Below are positions 18,013 through 25,969 of a DNA stretch of 27,437 nt, one piece after another. Every line of letters begins with the position of its first letter. Within the stretch, counting starts at the first letter, position 1. The translations under genes were made by a program, and so were the position numbers. The stretch comes from a virus (Duplodnaviria; Caudoviricetes): positions 1 through 27,437 of IMG/VR virus record IMGVR_UViG_3300032305_001156. One strand, 5' to 3'. Below the pieces are notes generated by a model. That model did not search any database. It was given only the letters and a program-made list of their open reading frames with translations, and was not told the origin of the DNA.

Positions 18013-18615
18013 TTAAAATAGCCAACTTACTACTGCGTACCTTGTTCCAGAAACTACTGGTGAAACAGAGTGATTAAATACATAGTTTGAAGGAAAGATT
18101 ATTTTTTGATTGGCCTTTGGTTTTAGCGTTATGTTAAATCTTGGGAAATTTATTTCGCCACCCTCATAGTCATCATTTAAATAATAAACAGTTGAAGTTC
18201 TTCTTGGGTAGTTTGGATGATCATCTATATGATTTGTAAAATGCTGCCCCTTGCCGTATCTCAAAACGCTGTACTCGTCATGCCAGCCCCAACCAATACC
18301 ATAAGAACTCATATAGTCTTGCTCTACTGGATGAAAATGTTCAAAGAATAAATTGCCCAAACTTGTTTTAAAAATTTCTGACAAAACATTTCCAGAAAGA
18401 TCTCTTACTCCACCATTGTATGGAATTCCTATAGAATCAGTATCTCGTGTTCTTGAATTAACCTTTGCAGTGTTAGTCGCTTCAGCAACATATGCTGGTG
18501 TCCAAGAAAGTTGAGAGGATGTCATTCCTTCTTCTATGTCATTTTTAAGATTTGAACTATTTGGTATTACGTCACTATAGACTATTAACCCTGGTGCTAT
18601 TTCTTCTTTTTTCAT
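18013..18615 (-). CDS. 2OG-Fe(II) oxygenase, prolyl-hydroxylase-like
   Basis: LRYGKGQHFTNHIDD...YYLNDDYEGGEINFP...IFPSNYVFNHSVSPVVSGTRYAVVSW. Confidence 0.92.
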   Translation of the reverse strand: MKKEEIAPGLIVYSDVIPNSSNLKNDIEEGMTSSQLSWTPAYVAEATNTAKVNSRTRDTDSIGIPYNGGVRDLSGNVLSEIFKTSLGNLFFEHFHPVEQDYMSSYGIGWGWHDEYSVLRYGKGQHFTNHIDDHPNYPRRTSTVYYLNDDYEGGEINFPRFNITLKPKANQKIIFPSNYVFNHSVSPVVSGTRYAVVSWLF

Positions 18616-18616
18616 T

Positions 18617-18838
18617 TTACCACTTCCCTAATGGACATTTTGCTTCTTCAAGCGTAGTTTTTAAATACATTATGCAATGACACTGTTTACACTGTGTTGT
18701 TAATTTTATCAGTTCTGGGCAATCATTGCAAATGCTCATTCTTTCTTTTTTTAACTCTTCTGAAGATCTAGGAGATTTTGGATTAATTAGATCAAATGGA
18801 GTTACACCATTTTTTTCTTTATACTCTTCTAGACTCAT
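18617..18838 (-). CDS. Small Cys-rich protein, DUF6171-like (start probably ATG 18838)
   Basis: RMSICNDC...CKQCHC...KCPLGKW; ATGA overlap with the upstream stop. Confidence 0.7.
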   Translation of the reverse strand: MSLEEYKEKNGVTPFDLINPKSPRSSEELKKERMSICNDCPELIKLTTQCKQCHCIMYLKTTLEEAKCPLGKW

Positions 18839-19431
18839 CTTAACCAACTAACTATAGCATATCTTGTTCCATCTTCAACTGGATTAACAGAATGATTATA
18901 AATAAAACTAGATGGAAACAGGATCATCTGGTTTGCTTGTGGTTTTAACTTTATTCCAAATCTTGGAAAGTTTATCTCTCCTCCAGAATAGTTGTCGTTT
19001 ATATAATATACCGTAGATATTCTTCTTGTAGCAGCAGGACTATCGTCTATATGATTTATAAATTTTTGACCTTTACCATACTTTAAAATGCCATAAGAGT
19101 CATGCCAATCAATTATCGAGTTATAAGTCCTAATGTAGTCTTTTTCTATCGGATCAAAATATTTAAAGAATAGGTTTGATAGCGTGGTATCAAATGCAGA
19201 TCCTGGGTAAGGAAAGCCTTCTAAAAGGTCTGTCTTATATGGAACGCCTATAACAGAGGTATCTCTTGTGTTTTTATTTAAAGTATTATCATCATCTGAG
19301 TGTATTTCAGCATTACCCCATTTTATTGTCCCAAGACTAGTGGAGTCTTCTATATCATTGATCAAATCTTTATAGGAGGGAATCACATTACTGTATAAAA
19401 CAATTCCAGGAGCAAGTTCTTCTTTTTGCAT
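18835..19431 (-). CDS. 2OG-Fe(II) oxygenase, paralog of 18013-18615 (start probably ATG 19431)
   Basis: LKYGKGQKFINHIDD...YYINDNYSGGEINFP...NHSVNPVEDGTRYAIVSW; TAATG coupling. Confidence 0.92.
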   Translation of the reverse strand: MQKEELAPGIVLYSNVIPSYKDLINDIEDSTSLGTIKWGNAEIHSDDDNTLNKNTRDTSVIGVPYKTDLLEGFPYPGSAFDTTLSNLFFKYFDPIEKDYIRTYNSIIDWHDSYGILKYGKGQKFINHIDDSPAATRRISTVYYINDNYSGGEINFPRFGIKLKPQANQMILFPSSFIYNHSVNPVEDGTRYAIVSWLR

Positions 19432-19634
19432 TACCAGGCACCTATAGGACACTTCTGTTCTTTTATTTTTACTGTTTCAAGAACAAAAGACTTATCCTTC
19501 TTGCATTCTTTTGTTAATTTTATTAAATGATCGCAAGAGTTACATATTTGTAGCCTGGATGAAGAATCCTGTACAGTGTCAATAACAGATATACCGCTTT
19601 TTTCTTTATACTCTTCCCACCTTGATTTTGACAT
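19431..19634 (-). CDS. Small Cys-rich protein, DUF6171-like, two Cys fewer than its paralog
   Basis: EEYKEK.G...RLQICNSC..LIKLT.EC...KCPIGAW; paralog of 18617-18838. Confidence 0.65.
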   Translation of the reverse strand: MSKSRWEEYKEKSGISVIDTVQDSSSRLQICNSCDHLIKLTKECKKDKSFVLETVKIKEQKCPIGAW

Positions 19635-19682
19635 TTTTACCCCTAACTAGTTGTTAACTCCATTATACACGATTGGAAATAG

Positions 19683-21404
19683 TTATATTGTTGCTATATT
19701 TCCATCAACTCTATACCCTGGGCAGTTGCCTGGGTATCCACTTGAAGGTACGTTACGGCCTAGTGAAGGACAGTAAGTCTGTGGTACTGGAGCAGGTGTT
19801 GCTTCAGGTGTTGCTTCAGGTGTTGGTGTAGGTGTTGATGGGAAAGATGGTGGGAAGAAAGGTGGAACGAAATATGGTGGAACGAAATATGGTGGGAAGA
19901 ACGGTGGAACGAAATATGGTGGGAAGAACGGTGGAACAAAGTAAGGTGGTGCTGTAGTTGGTGAAGGGGATGCTCCTGGACAGTTACCTGGGTAACCGCT
20001 TGAAGGTACATTCTCTCCTAGTGAAGCACAGTAAGTCTGTGCTACTGTAGGAGTAGGTGTGGGGGTTGGCGTTGGTGTTGCAGGAGAGGCTCCTGGACAG
20101 TTACCTGGATAACCGCTTGAAGGTACGTTATAACCTAATGAAGGACAGTAAGTCTGTGCTACTGTAGGAGTAGGAGTAGGTGTTGGTGTTGGAGTAGATG
20201 TTGGAGTAGATGTTGGAGTGGATGTTGGTGTTGGTGTTGCTGTAGGATCTGTTGGTGACGCTCCTGGGCAGTTGCCTGGGTAACCGCTTGTTGGAACATT
20301 GTAACCCAATGAAGGGCAATAGGTTTGTGCTGCAGTTGGTGCAGGTGTAGGTGTTGGGGTTGCTGTAGGATCTGTTGGTGACGCTCCTGGGCAGTTGCCT
20401 GGGTAACCGCTTGTTGGAACATTGTATCCTAATGAAGGACAATATGTTAGTGCTGCAGTTGGAGTAGGGGTAGGTGTAATTGGTGATCCGCCTGGACAGT
20501 TTCCTGGGTAACCAGATGTTGGTACGTTATAACCTAGTGAAGGGCAGTAGGTCAATGGTACTGGTGCGGGAGTAGGAGTTGGTGTAGGGGTTTCCGTTGG
20601 AGTAGGCGTTGGCGTTGGCGTTGGCGTTGGCGTTGGTGTTGGTGTTACCTCTGGTGGGAAAGATGGCGGAACAAAGTACGGTGGGAAAAATGGTGGGACA
20701 AAATATGGAGGTACTGGAGTAGGTGTAGGAGTAGGGGCAGGGGTCGATGTTGGAGTTGGTGTTGGTGTTGCTGCTACAGAAGCACCTTCATAAACATCAC
20801 CATAGAATACCCAGGTGTCTGTTGCAACCTTTAAAAGTGTTCCCTTGCTATACTGACCATCTAAAAATAGTTGAGAGTTTTTGCTTCCAATAGTTACACC
20901 AGATGCTGGAGACAATGTTGTTCTTCCTAATCCAATCTCAAGAAGATTATACTGATAGCCTACTGGAATTGCTACTGAAGAATTTGCGGGGACTGTTAAA
21001 GTCATTGGAGAAGCGGTAGAAAGAATAATAGTTTTGCTAGCATCTGCTAGTTCTAGCGTAAAACTTGATACTTTTGTAACAGTAGATGTTGAATGAGCAA
21101 CAAAAGATTTTGTAGCGACAGTATTGTCAATGTCAAATTGCTGAGTTACAAGGTTCCAGTCAATTCCAACTCCAGCAAGTAAGATTTGATCTACGACAGA
21201 GTTATCGATTTTAGTGTCTAAATACTCAAGGTATCCTGCTATAGATTTAGCATTAATTTCAGAGGAAGTTGATGGGATTACGCTTGATCCATAGTGATAA
21301 AGTCTTAATGCTGCCTGGATATCTGCTGCATCTTCATAGCCAGGAATCTTGGTTGGGTATAACCCAGAGCCATTTTCCGTATCATCAATAAATTCAGCAG
21401 CCAT
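19683..21404 (-). CDS. Fibre-like virion protein with Thr-Pro tracts, six C-x15-C repeats and PPYFV/PPFF tracts
   Basis: N-terminal half shares LAGVGIDWN...FDID.TVATK and the ...WVFYGD domain with 9693-11114; C-terminal half is low-complexity repeats. Confidence 0.8.
   Translation of the reverse strand: MAAEFIDDTENGSGLYPTKIPGYEDAADIQAALRLYHYGSSVIPSTSSEINAKSIAGYLEYLDTKIDNSVVDQILLAGVGIDWNLVTQQFDIDNTVATKSFVAHSTSTVTKVSSFTLELADASKTIILSTASPMTLTVPANSSVAIPVGYQYNLLEIGLGRTTLSPASGVTIGSKNSQLFLDGQYSKGTLLKVATDTWVFYGDVYEGASVAATPTPTPTSTPAPTPTPTPVPPYFVPPFFPPYFVPPSFPPEVTPTPTPTPTPTPTPTPTETPTPTPTPAPVPLTYCPSLGYNVPTSGYPGNCPGGSPITPTPTPTAALTYCPSLGYNVPTSGYPGNCPGASPTDPTATPTPTPAPTAAQTYCPSLGYNVPTSGYPGNCPGASPTDPTATPTPTSTPTSTPTSTPTPTPTPTPTVAQTYCPSLGYNVPSSGYPGNCPGASPATPTPTPTPTPTVAQTYCASLGENVPSSGYPGNCPGASPSPTTAPPYFVPPFFPPYFVPPFFPPYFVPPYFVPPFFPPSFPSTPTPTPEATPEATPAPVPQTYCPSLGRNVPSSGYPGNCPGYRVDGNIATI
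19710..20770 (-). repeat. Coding repeat region: 6x [21 protein letters not shown] separated by (TP)n linkers, plus two PPYFV/PPFF tracts
   Basis: Motifs near 19718, 19975, 20092, 20263, 20386 and 20491; PPYFV tracts at about 19835-19950 and 20652-20712. Confidence 0.95.
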
Positions 21405-21423
21405 TACATATCACCATCTTAGA

Positions 21424-22011
21424 TTATACCACCGTAATTAGGAAATGAACTATATGAGTTCCACTAACTGGTGCCCAAACGCTTCCTGAAAACTCAGCAG
21501 CATTTATGCTTACTGGTAGGATGATATCTCCCGTTGCTGCCTGTATTGTGATTGGCTTGACCACTATAGAATGAGCAATAGGCTTTGTAGGGTTTGAAAA
21601 GGTACATTGAATATTAAAGTTTGACTCAGAAAGACCGCTTAGAAGGCTTAGTGGCACTATGTTTGAAATCTTAAAGTCTATGTTATCTGTGGCTACTCCA
21701 GCAGTAAAAGAAACTGTTCTGTTTACGCTAAACTTGTCTGTCATTAGTTTAGATGTTTCTACCCAGACCTCTGTACCATTTACATTCTGCAATTGATAAA
21801 TAACAAGATAGTCTTCATCAGTTGTTCTTACGTTTATGTATAAATCTAAAGCCTGTAGAGTTGTTGAGTGTGTTACTGTGTTTGGATCTCCATATCCTAC
21901 AAGAAAAAGATTTCCTCTATCTCCCTGTGGGCCAAAATCAACTTCGACATTTACATTTGCTGTACCACCAATAACCTTTACATCGTCAGTTGATACAAAG
22001 ACCTCTGTCAT
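21424..22011 (-). CDS. Hypothetical structural protein (start probably ATG 22011)
   Basis: GPQGDRG short collagen-like motif, beta-rich; ATGA overlap with the upstream stop. Confidence 0.6.
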   Translation of the reverse strand: MTEVFVSTDDVKVIGGTANVNVEVDFGPQGDRGNLFLVGYGDPNTVTHSTTLQALDLYINVRTTDEDYLVIYQLQNVNGTEVWVETSKLMTDKFSVNRTVSFTAGVATDNIDFKISNIVPLSLLSGLSESNFNIQCTFSNPTKPIAHSIVVKPITIQAATGDIILPVSINAAEFSGSVWAPVSGTHIVHFLITVV

Positions 22012-22637
22012 ACTGCCGTCCACTTAGGATAAAGTTTTACATCTTCATTGACGAGAGGAATAGTACTTCCCGAAGTGTAGACGGTTCCTGTTCCATCTGA
22101 AAACTTTGTCCATCCTGCAAAAGTAAATCCGATTCTTGCTAAAGATCCATTGTTTGCAACAATAATATTTTGGTTTGGAAGATACCCATTTGTATCTGTT
22201 GGAACAACACCACTAGTTGCATTTGTATTGTGATAAATAACTCGGTATGTAGGAATTGCTCTATTTGGAGTTCCTATGTCTTGAGTCACATCATCTGTTA
22301 CTGAAATAGATCCAGTTATAAGTGTAAAGACTTTGTCATATGTATCTGCACCTTGAGAATATACCTGCACGTCATAAAAATAGGTTTTTTCTGGATCCAT
22401 AAGTTTTCCATTTTCAGGAGTAATTGCACAAACAACATGATCGCTTTGAATTCTTGCGCTTGCCTGAATTTGCCCCAGTGCAACCCCTGCTGCTCCTCTG
22501 GCTTCAGCGATTGTAAATGTAGAGTTAGAGTAGTCAGTTAAATAAAAAGTTGAACCATCAGTTTTTTGAGGGTATACCTTAAACTCATGGGTATCACCCT
22601 TATAATAATTTATATTTAATTCTCCTGGAAATGCCAT
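22008..22637 (-). CDS. BppU-like adaptor fused to a Listeria-Bacteroides (InlB B / Flg_new) repeat (start probably ATG 22637)
   Basis: YYKGDTHEFKV...YFYDVQV...LITGSISV; then YRVIYH.N...RIGFTFAGWT..DGTG.VY.SG.....LYPKW. Confidence 0.72.
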   Translation of the reverse strand: MAFPGELNINYYKGDTHEFKVYPQKTDGSTFYLTDYSNSTFTIAEARGAAGVALGQIQASARIQSDHVVCAITPENGKLMDPEKTYFYDVQVYSQGADTYDKVFTLITGSISVTDDVTQDIGTPNRAIPTYRVIYHNTNATSGVVPTDTNGYLPNQNIIVANNGSLARIGFTFAGWTKFSDGTGTVYTSGSTIPLVNEDVKLYPKWTAV

Positions 22638-22644
22638 AGTTTTA

Positions 22645-23358
22645 TTATACCACGCTGACATATACAGAATTGAAAATTACAGATGAGTCAAAGTCTGTTC
22701 TAATTTGAGGGACAGCGCCATTGCTCCACATAGTTTTATCCTCAATAAACATCTGCTGTGTGGCAGAAAGACTATAGGTGTTCTGGTATTTAAGGGATCC
22801 TAAAAATTGAACAAACTCTTTATCCTTGCTTGCAAAGTATGTTCTTACCCAAACCTCTGTATTTGCGGTATAGGTTGTTAGTTCAAAGTTATAGGTTACA
22901 AATACCTGAGATCCTTCTTCTATACCGTGGAAGTTCAAGGCTCTCTGGTGGCTATTCCAAAGACTAGTACACCCTTTAGGTAGGTATTCTTCATTTTGGA
23001 TTTTATCTTTTGTGTCTAATGAAAGAGTCACCCACCCATCATCTCCCTCAGAGATTCCTAACTTTATTGGTTTGTTAAGGGCGTTGCTATATGAGGCCCA
23101 TCCTGCTTGCTGACCTGAAGATGATAAAGAACTTAGACCATCTTTTCCTCTTGGGCCCTGCTCTCCTTTTGGACCCTGCTTTCCTTCTGGTCCTTCGGGG
23201 CCTTGCTTGCCGTCCTTACCTGGTGGACCTTCTGGACCAGGTACTGGAATAAATGCAACAGAGTTCTCTAAAGTATTAGATGCTTGACTTTGCTCTACTT
23301 GTGCAGCGTAGGAAGATTTTTTTGCACCTGGGAAATCCATAGATTTAGAAACAGCCAT
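22645..23358 (-). CDS. Collagen-like (Gly-X-Y) virion protein
   Basis: About 12 consecutive triplets GPEGPPGKDGKQGPEGPEGKQGPKGEQGPRGKDGLS followed by a beta-rich domain. Confidence 0.8.
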   Translation of the reverse strand: MAVSKSMDFPGAKKSSYAAQVEQSQASNTLENSVAFIPVPGPEGPPGKDGKQGPEGPEGKQGPKGEQGPRGKDGLSSLSSSGQQAGWASYSNALNKPIKLGISEGDDGWVTLSLDTKDKIQNEEYLPKGCTSLWNSHQRALNFHGIEEGSQVFVTYNFELTTYTANTEVWVRTYFASKDKEFVQFLGSLKYQNTYSLSATQQMFIEDKTMWSNGAVPQIRTDFDSSVIFNSVYVSVV

Positions 23359-23385
23359 GTTGCTATTATCTCACTATATTAAAAT

Positions 23386-23646
23386 TTACCACGTGTTGTT
23401 CGTGTCCCAAACAATTCTTTTCCAAATTGGACTAGAGCCGTTTGTATAGTTTGCAATACAAAAATAGAAGTAGTCTGAAGATGTTGCAAACATTCCAGCA
23501 ACATCACCGTTTCTGCCTAGTCTAGAGTTAGGTACATCGGTACGAATTACATATGTGTCTCCTGCTGGACCTCTTGCTCCAGGTTCTCCTGGATCTCCTT
23601 TGTCTCCAACTGCGCCTGGCATTGGAACAATCTTAATAACTGTCAT
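23386..23646 (-). CDS. Small collagen-like protein (start probably ATG 23646)
   Basis: GAVGDKGDPGEPGARGPAGDT; G..GD..G.....DYFYFC...WKR fibre motif; TAATG coupling. Confidence 0.65.
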   Translation of the reverse strand: MTVIKIVPMPGAVGDKGDPGEPGARGPAGDTYVIRTDVPNSRLGRNGDVAGMFATSSDYFYFCIANYTNGSSPIWKRIVWDTNNTW

Positions 23647-24041
23647 TATAGTGTGCCTCCTGGTGTAACATCTCCTAGAACATATATTGTTCCAATAACT
23701 GGTGTCCAAACTGTATCTTCTATCAACTCTGGTATTGTTACCTGGACATCAAATGGTAACTCCGCTACTGTTCTGTTATATCTTAATCCCCAATTTTTTG
23801 TAACTGAAGGATAAGCCTTTATATCAACAAAGCCTTCTCCAGGCTCACAGTCAAGTGCATCAAGAACATTTCCTGATTGGTCATAGGCAGTTGCTCTAAA
23901 AATCCAATCAGTAGTATCATAAAAATCTATCTCATTGTCCTCTAGAAATTCAACACGCAAAGATCCAGTATCTCCTCTGACAACACGCCATTGGATGTTT
24001 GCTGGATTGGCACCAAATATTTCTGGGGAGTGGTTAGACAT
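23646..24041 (-). CDS. BppU-like / adaptor protein, paralog of 14787-15176
   Basis: PANIQWRVVRGDTGSLRVEF...FDVQVT...VWTPVIGTI..LGDVT. Confidence 0.6.
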   Translation of the reverse strand: MSNHSPEIFGANPANIQWRVVRGDTGSLRVEFLEDNEIDFYDTTDWIFRATAYDQSGNVLDALDCEPGEGFVDIKAYPSVTKNWGLRYNRTVAELPFDVQVTIPELIEDTVWTPVIGTIYVLGDVTPGGTL

Positions 24042-24047
24042 ATTGAG

Positions 24048-24056
24048 ATTATACCA
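24048..24056 (-). promoter_or_regulatory. Extended -10 (TGGTATAAT) 6 nt before ATG 24041
   Basis: TGGTATAAT-CTCAAT-ATG; no SD. Confidence 0.65.
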
Positions 24057-24058
24057 TG

Positions 24059-24114
24059 AAAAAAAGACTAGTACTCAGGCTGGTGGGTATGAGAGACAAA
24101 CCAGAGTACTAGTC
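24059..24114 (-). terminator. Rho-independent terminator
   Basis: Perfect 11-bp inverted repeat GACTAGTACTC (24066-24076) / GAGTACTAGTC (24104-24114), followed by U7 on the minus strand. Confidence 0.75.
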
Positions 24115-24314
24115 AGATTAAAGTATATCATATCAGTACAATTTGGACAGTAATATTTAAAGTTATCAAATTGTTATAATAAGTAATGTCCGTTTTGTCA
24201 TAAAAAGTCTTAATAGTCAGGATGTCGGATAGTGTATACTAAATATATATAAGAAAAAAGAACTATCTTTAAGGTTTGTATTTACAAGATATCTTATATA
24301 TAGTATATAGCATA

Positions 24315-24581
24315 TTACCTATTATTGGCTTCAATGTGCTTTAAAAGAATTTGGTACATCTCATCAAGTTTCTTCTCTTGACGATCTCTGGAATATATAG
24401 ATTCGACTCTCTGCTCTTCAAGTGAATCTTCTAATCTATTAATTTGATCTTTTACTGATGAGCCACCATTGGTTTTAAGTTCGCTTAAATAATGCTTTAC
24501 AAGCCACTTGATAGATAGACCGATTGATGATACAATTGTAAGTATGGCTACTATTAGGGAAGCCCAGTCCTGGATTGTCAT
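24315..24581 (-). CDS. Single-pass membrane protein with coiled coil (actinophage-type, possibly lysis-associated)
   Basis: N-terminal TM LIVAILTIVSSIGLSI followed by HYLSELKTNGGSSVKDQINRLE. Confidence 0.6.
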   Translation of the reverse strand: MTIQDWASLIVAILTIVSSIGLSIKWLVKHYLSELKTNGGSSVKDQINRLEDSLEEQRVESIYSRDRQEKKLDEMYQILLKHIEANNR

Positions 24582-24613
24582 AACTAGATTATTATAAGGG
24601 GTATATTCAAAAA

Positions 24614-25384
24614 ATGAAAACAGCCATACTCAAAACACTTGAGCATTCTAAGAATTTGATTATCTCCCCTGATATGGATGGATTTATGACCGCTAAACTA
24701 TTAGAGCGTTTTAACGGTTCGAAAATAGTGGGCTCCTATGATAAAAATATTTTATGTCTCGCCGACGGGATCAATCCAGAAGAATGCTTGTTCGTCGATT
24801 GCGATATGAATCGAGAAGAGTTTGTTTCACTCGGAAATCATATGCGTTTAATTCGAGACGGGATGTCGAGTAAGTCGTTTAATCCTAATGTTCATTTCGA
24901 CATTACGACATATAACGAAAAGTTTCCATATGCAACCGCTTTTTTGATTTCGTTCGCAACAGAGGTTAATCTCTCCGAACAAGACCTTATACGCATGGCT
25001 TTCGCTGACTCAACTCTAAAGAACATGGAGAAGTACAGCGATAACATGCGAAATTGGTCTACACGGATGGATCATTCTGCAGTAAAGTACATAACAGACA
25101 ATTCGGACATTGCAAAAAGAAATGATGCACAAGCAAGGTTTGATTATGTTGATCAATCATTTACATCTAAAAGGTACGGCAAGGATCGTTACCTGAATAC
25201 CCTTAATAACGCCCTACAAGGCCAGGAGATGAGTTTTGAGCCACTAGTCCAGGGTATCAAGTACATGTCAGACAAAGTTGGCATCAATACGGTTATACGG
25301 TATAATAGAGATATAGTTTCATATGCAGAGATCTTCGGTGGTGAGTATTCTGTAACATATGATCAAGAGATAGAATGGAAATAA
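24614..25384 (+). CDS. Putative DHH-superfamily phosphoesterase-like protein
   Basis: SPDMDG motif, VDCD, NH, NPN, and a later D (ADS); spacing resembles DHH-family motifs. Confidence 0.5.
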   Translation: MKTAILKTLEHSKNLIISPDMDGFMTAKLLERFNGSKIVGSYDKNILCLADGINPEECLFVDCDMNREEFVSLGNHMRLIRDGMSSKSFNPNVHFDITTYNEKFPYATAFLISFATEVNLSEQDLIRMAFADSTLKNMEKYSDNMRNWSTRMDHSAVKYITDNSDIAKRNDAQARFDYVDQSFTSKRYGKDRYLNTLNNALQGQEMSFEPLVQGIKYMSDKVGINTVIRYNRDIVSYAEIFGGEYSVTYDQEIEWK

Positions 25385-25385
25385 G

Positions 25386-25571
25386 ATGACAAGAGAAGAA
25401 GTAATCGACATGATGTTGTTTAGCATCAATGCAGATAATAGAGAACTATGCAAGAAGGCTGGAATGAGCGATAGTGATGCAGACTCTCAAATTGAACAGA
25501 GTCAGCCAAGCCTTCAGTTGATTCTTGGTAATATGTACGATATGCTCAAAGAGGCAAACGTAATTTCATAA
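25386..25571 (+). CDS. Hypothetical protein
   Basis: 61-aa ORF starting 1 nt after the previous stop. Confidence 0.6.
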   Translation: MTREEVIDMMLFSINADNRELCKKAGMSDSDADSQIEQSQPSLQLILGNMYDMLKEANVIS

Positions 25572-25586
25572 TCGATCCCCTTTTTA

Positions 25587-25754
25587 TTAAGCGGAGTTTC
25601 TTATGAATTGTGCAATCTCGTGAGATTCGTTATGATATTTATCGTGAAACCTTGATTCAACCTGCAATGCTATACGGTTTCTAAGTTTTTGCTCAATCTG
25701 AAAAAGCAAAATTTGTTGTGCTTGCTCAGGAGTTAACTTAAACTCTTCATCCAT
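25587..25754 (-). CDS. Hypothetical protein, 55 aa (not in ORF track)
   Basis: Hand translation MDEEFKLTPEQAQQILLFQIEQKLRNRIALQVESRFHDKYHNESHEIAQFIRNSA; start overlaps the end of 25747-25941. Confidence 0.6.
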   Translation of the reverse strand: MDEEFKLTPEQAQQILLFQIEQKLRNRIALQVESRFHDKYHNESHEIAQFIRNSA

Positions 25755-25941
25755 TTTTGCAACTACAATCTGTGCAGCATGTTTCTTTAAACATCTTTAG
25801 TGCCAAACCATCATTTTCCCAAAAGGCTTCTCTACCCATGTTATCTGTTATAGGAATAGGATTATGCTCAAACTCAGGAGACTTTGGCTCTTCCTGGAAA
25901 TCTATGTCCCAGGCGTTTTCAAAATTTTCTAATATTCCCAT
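25747..25941 (-). CDS. Small acidic protein with C-terminal CCxxCxC
   Basis: 64-aa ORF; GTGTATAAT 6 nt upstream of the ATG. Confidence 0.6.
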   Translation of the reverse strand: MGILENFENAWDIDFQEEPKSPEFEHNPIPITDNMGREAFWENDGLALKMFKETCCTDCSCKNG

Positions 25942-25969
25942 AAATCAATTATACACCAAAACTGAAAAA

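Noticed and set aside
8731-19785. Direct repeat as a diversity-generating retroelement TR/VR pair
   Set aside because: Only one mismatch (C/T on the coding strand, synonymous), both copies are coding, and there is no reverse transcriptase in the window. The Mtd_N-like domain alone does not imply a DGR.
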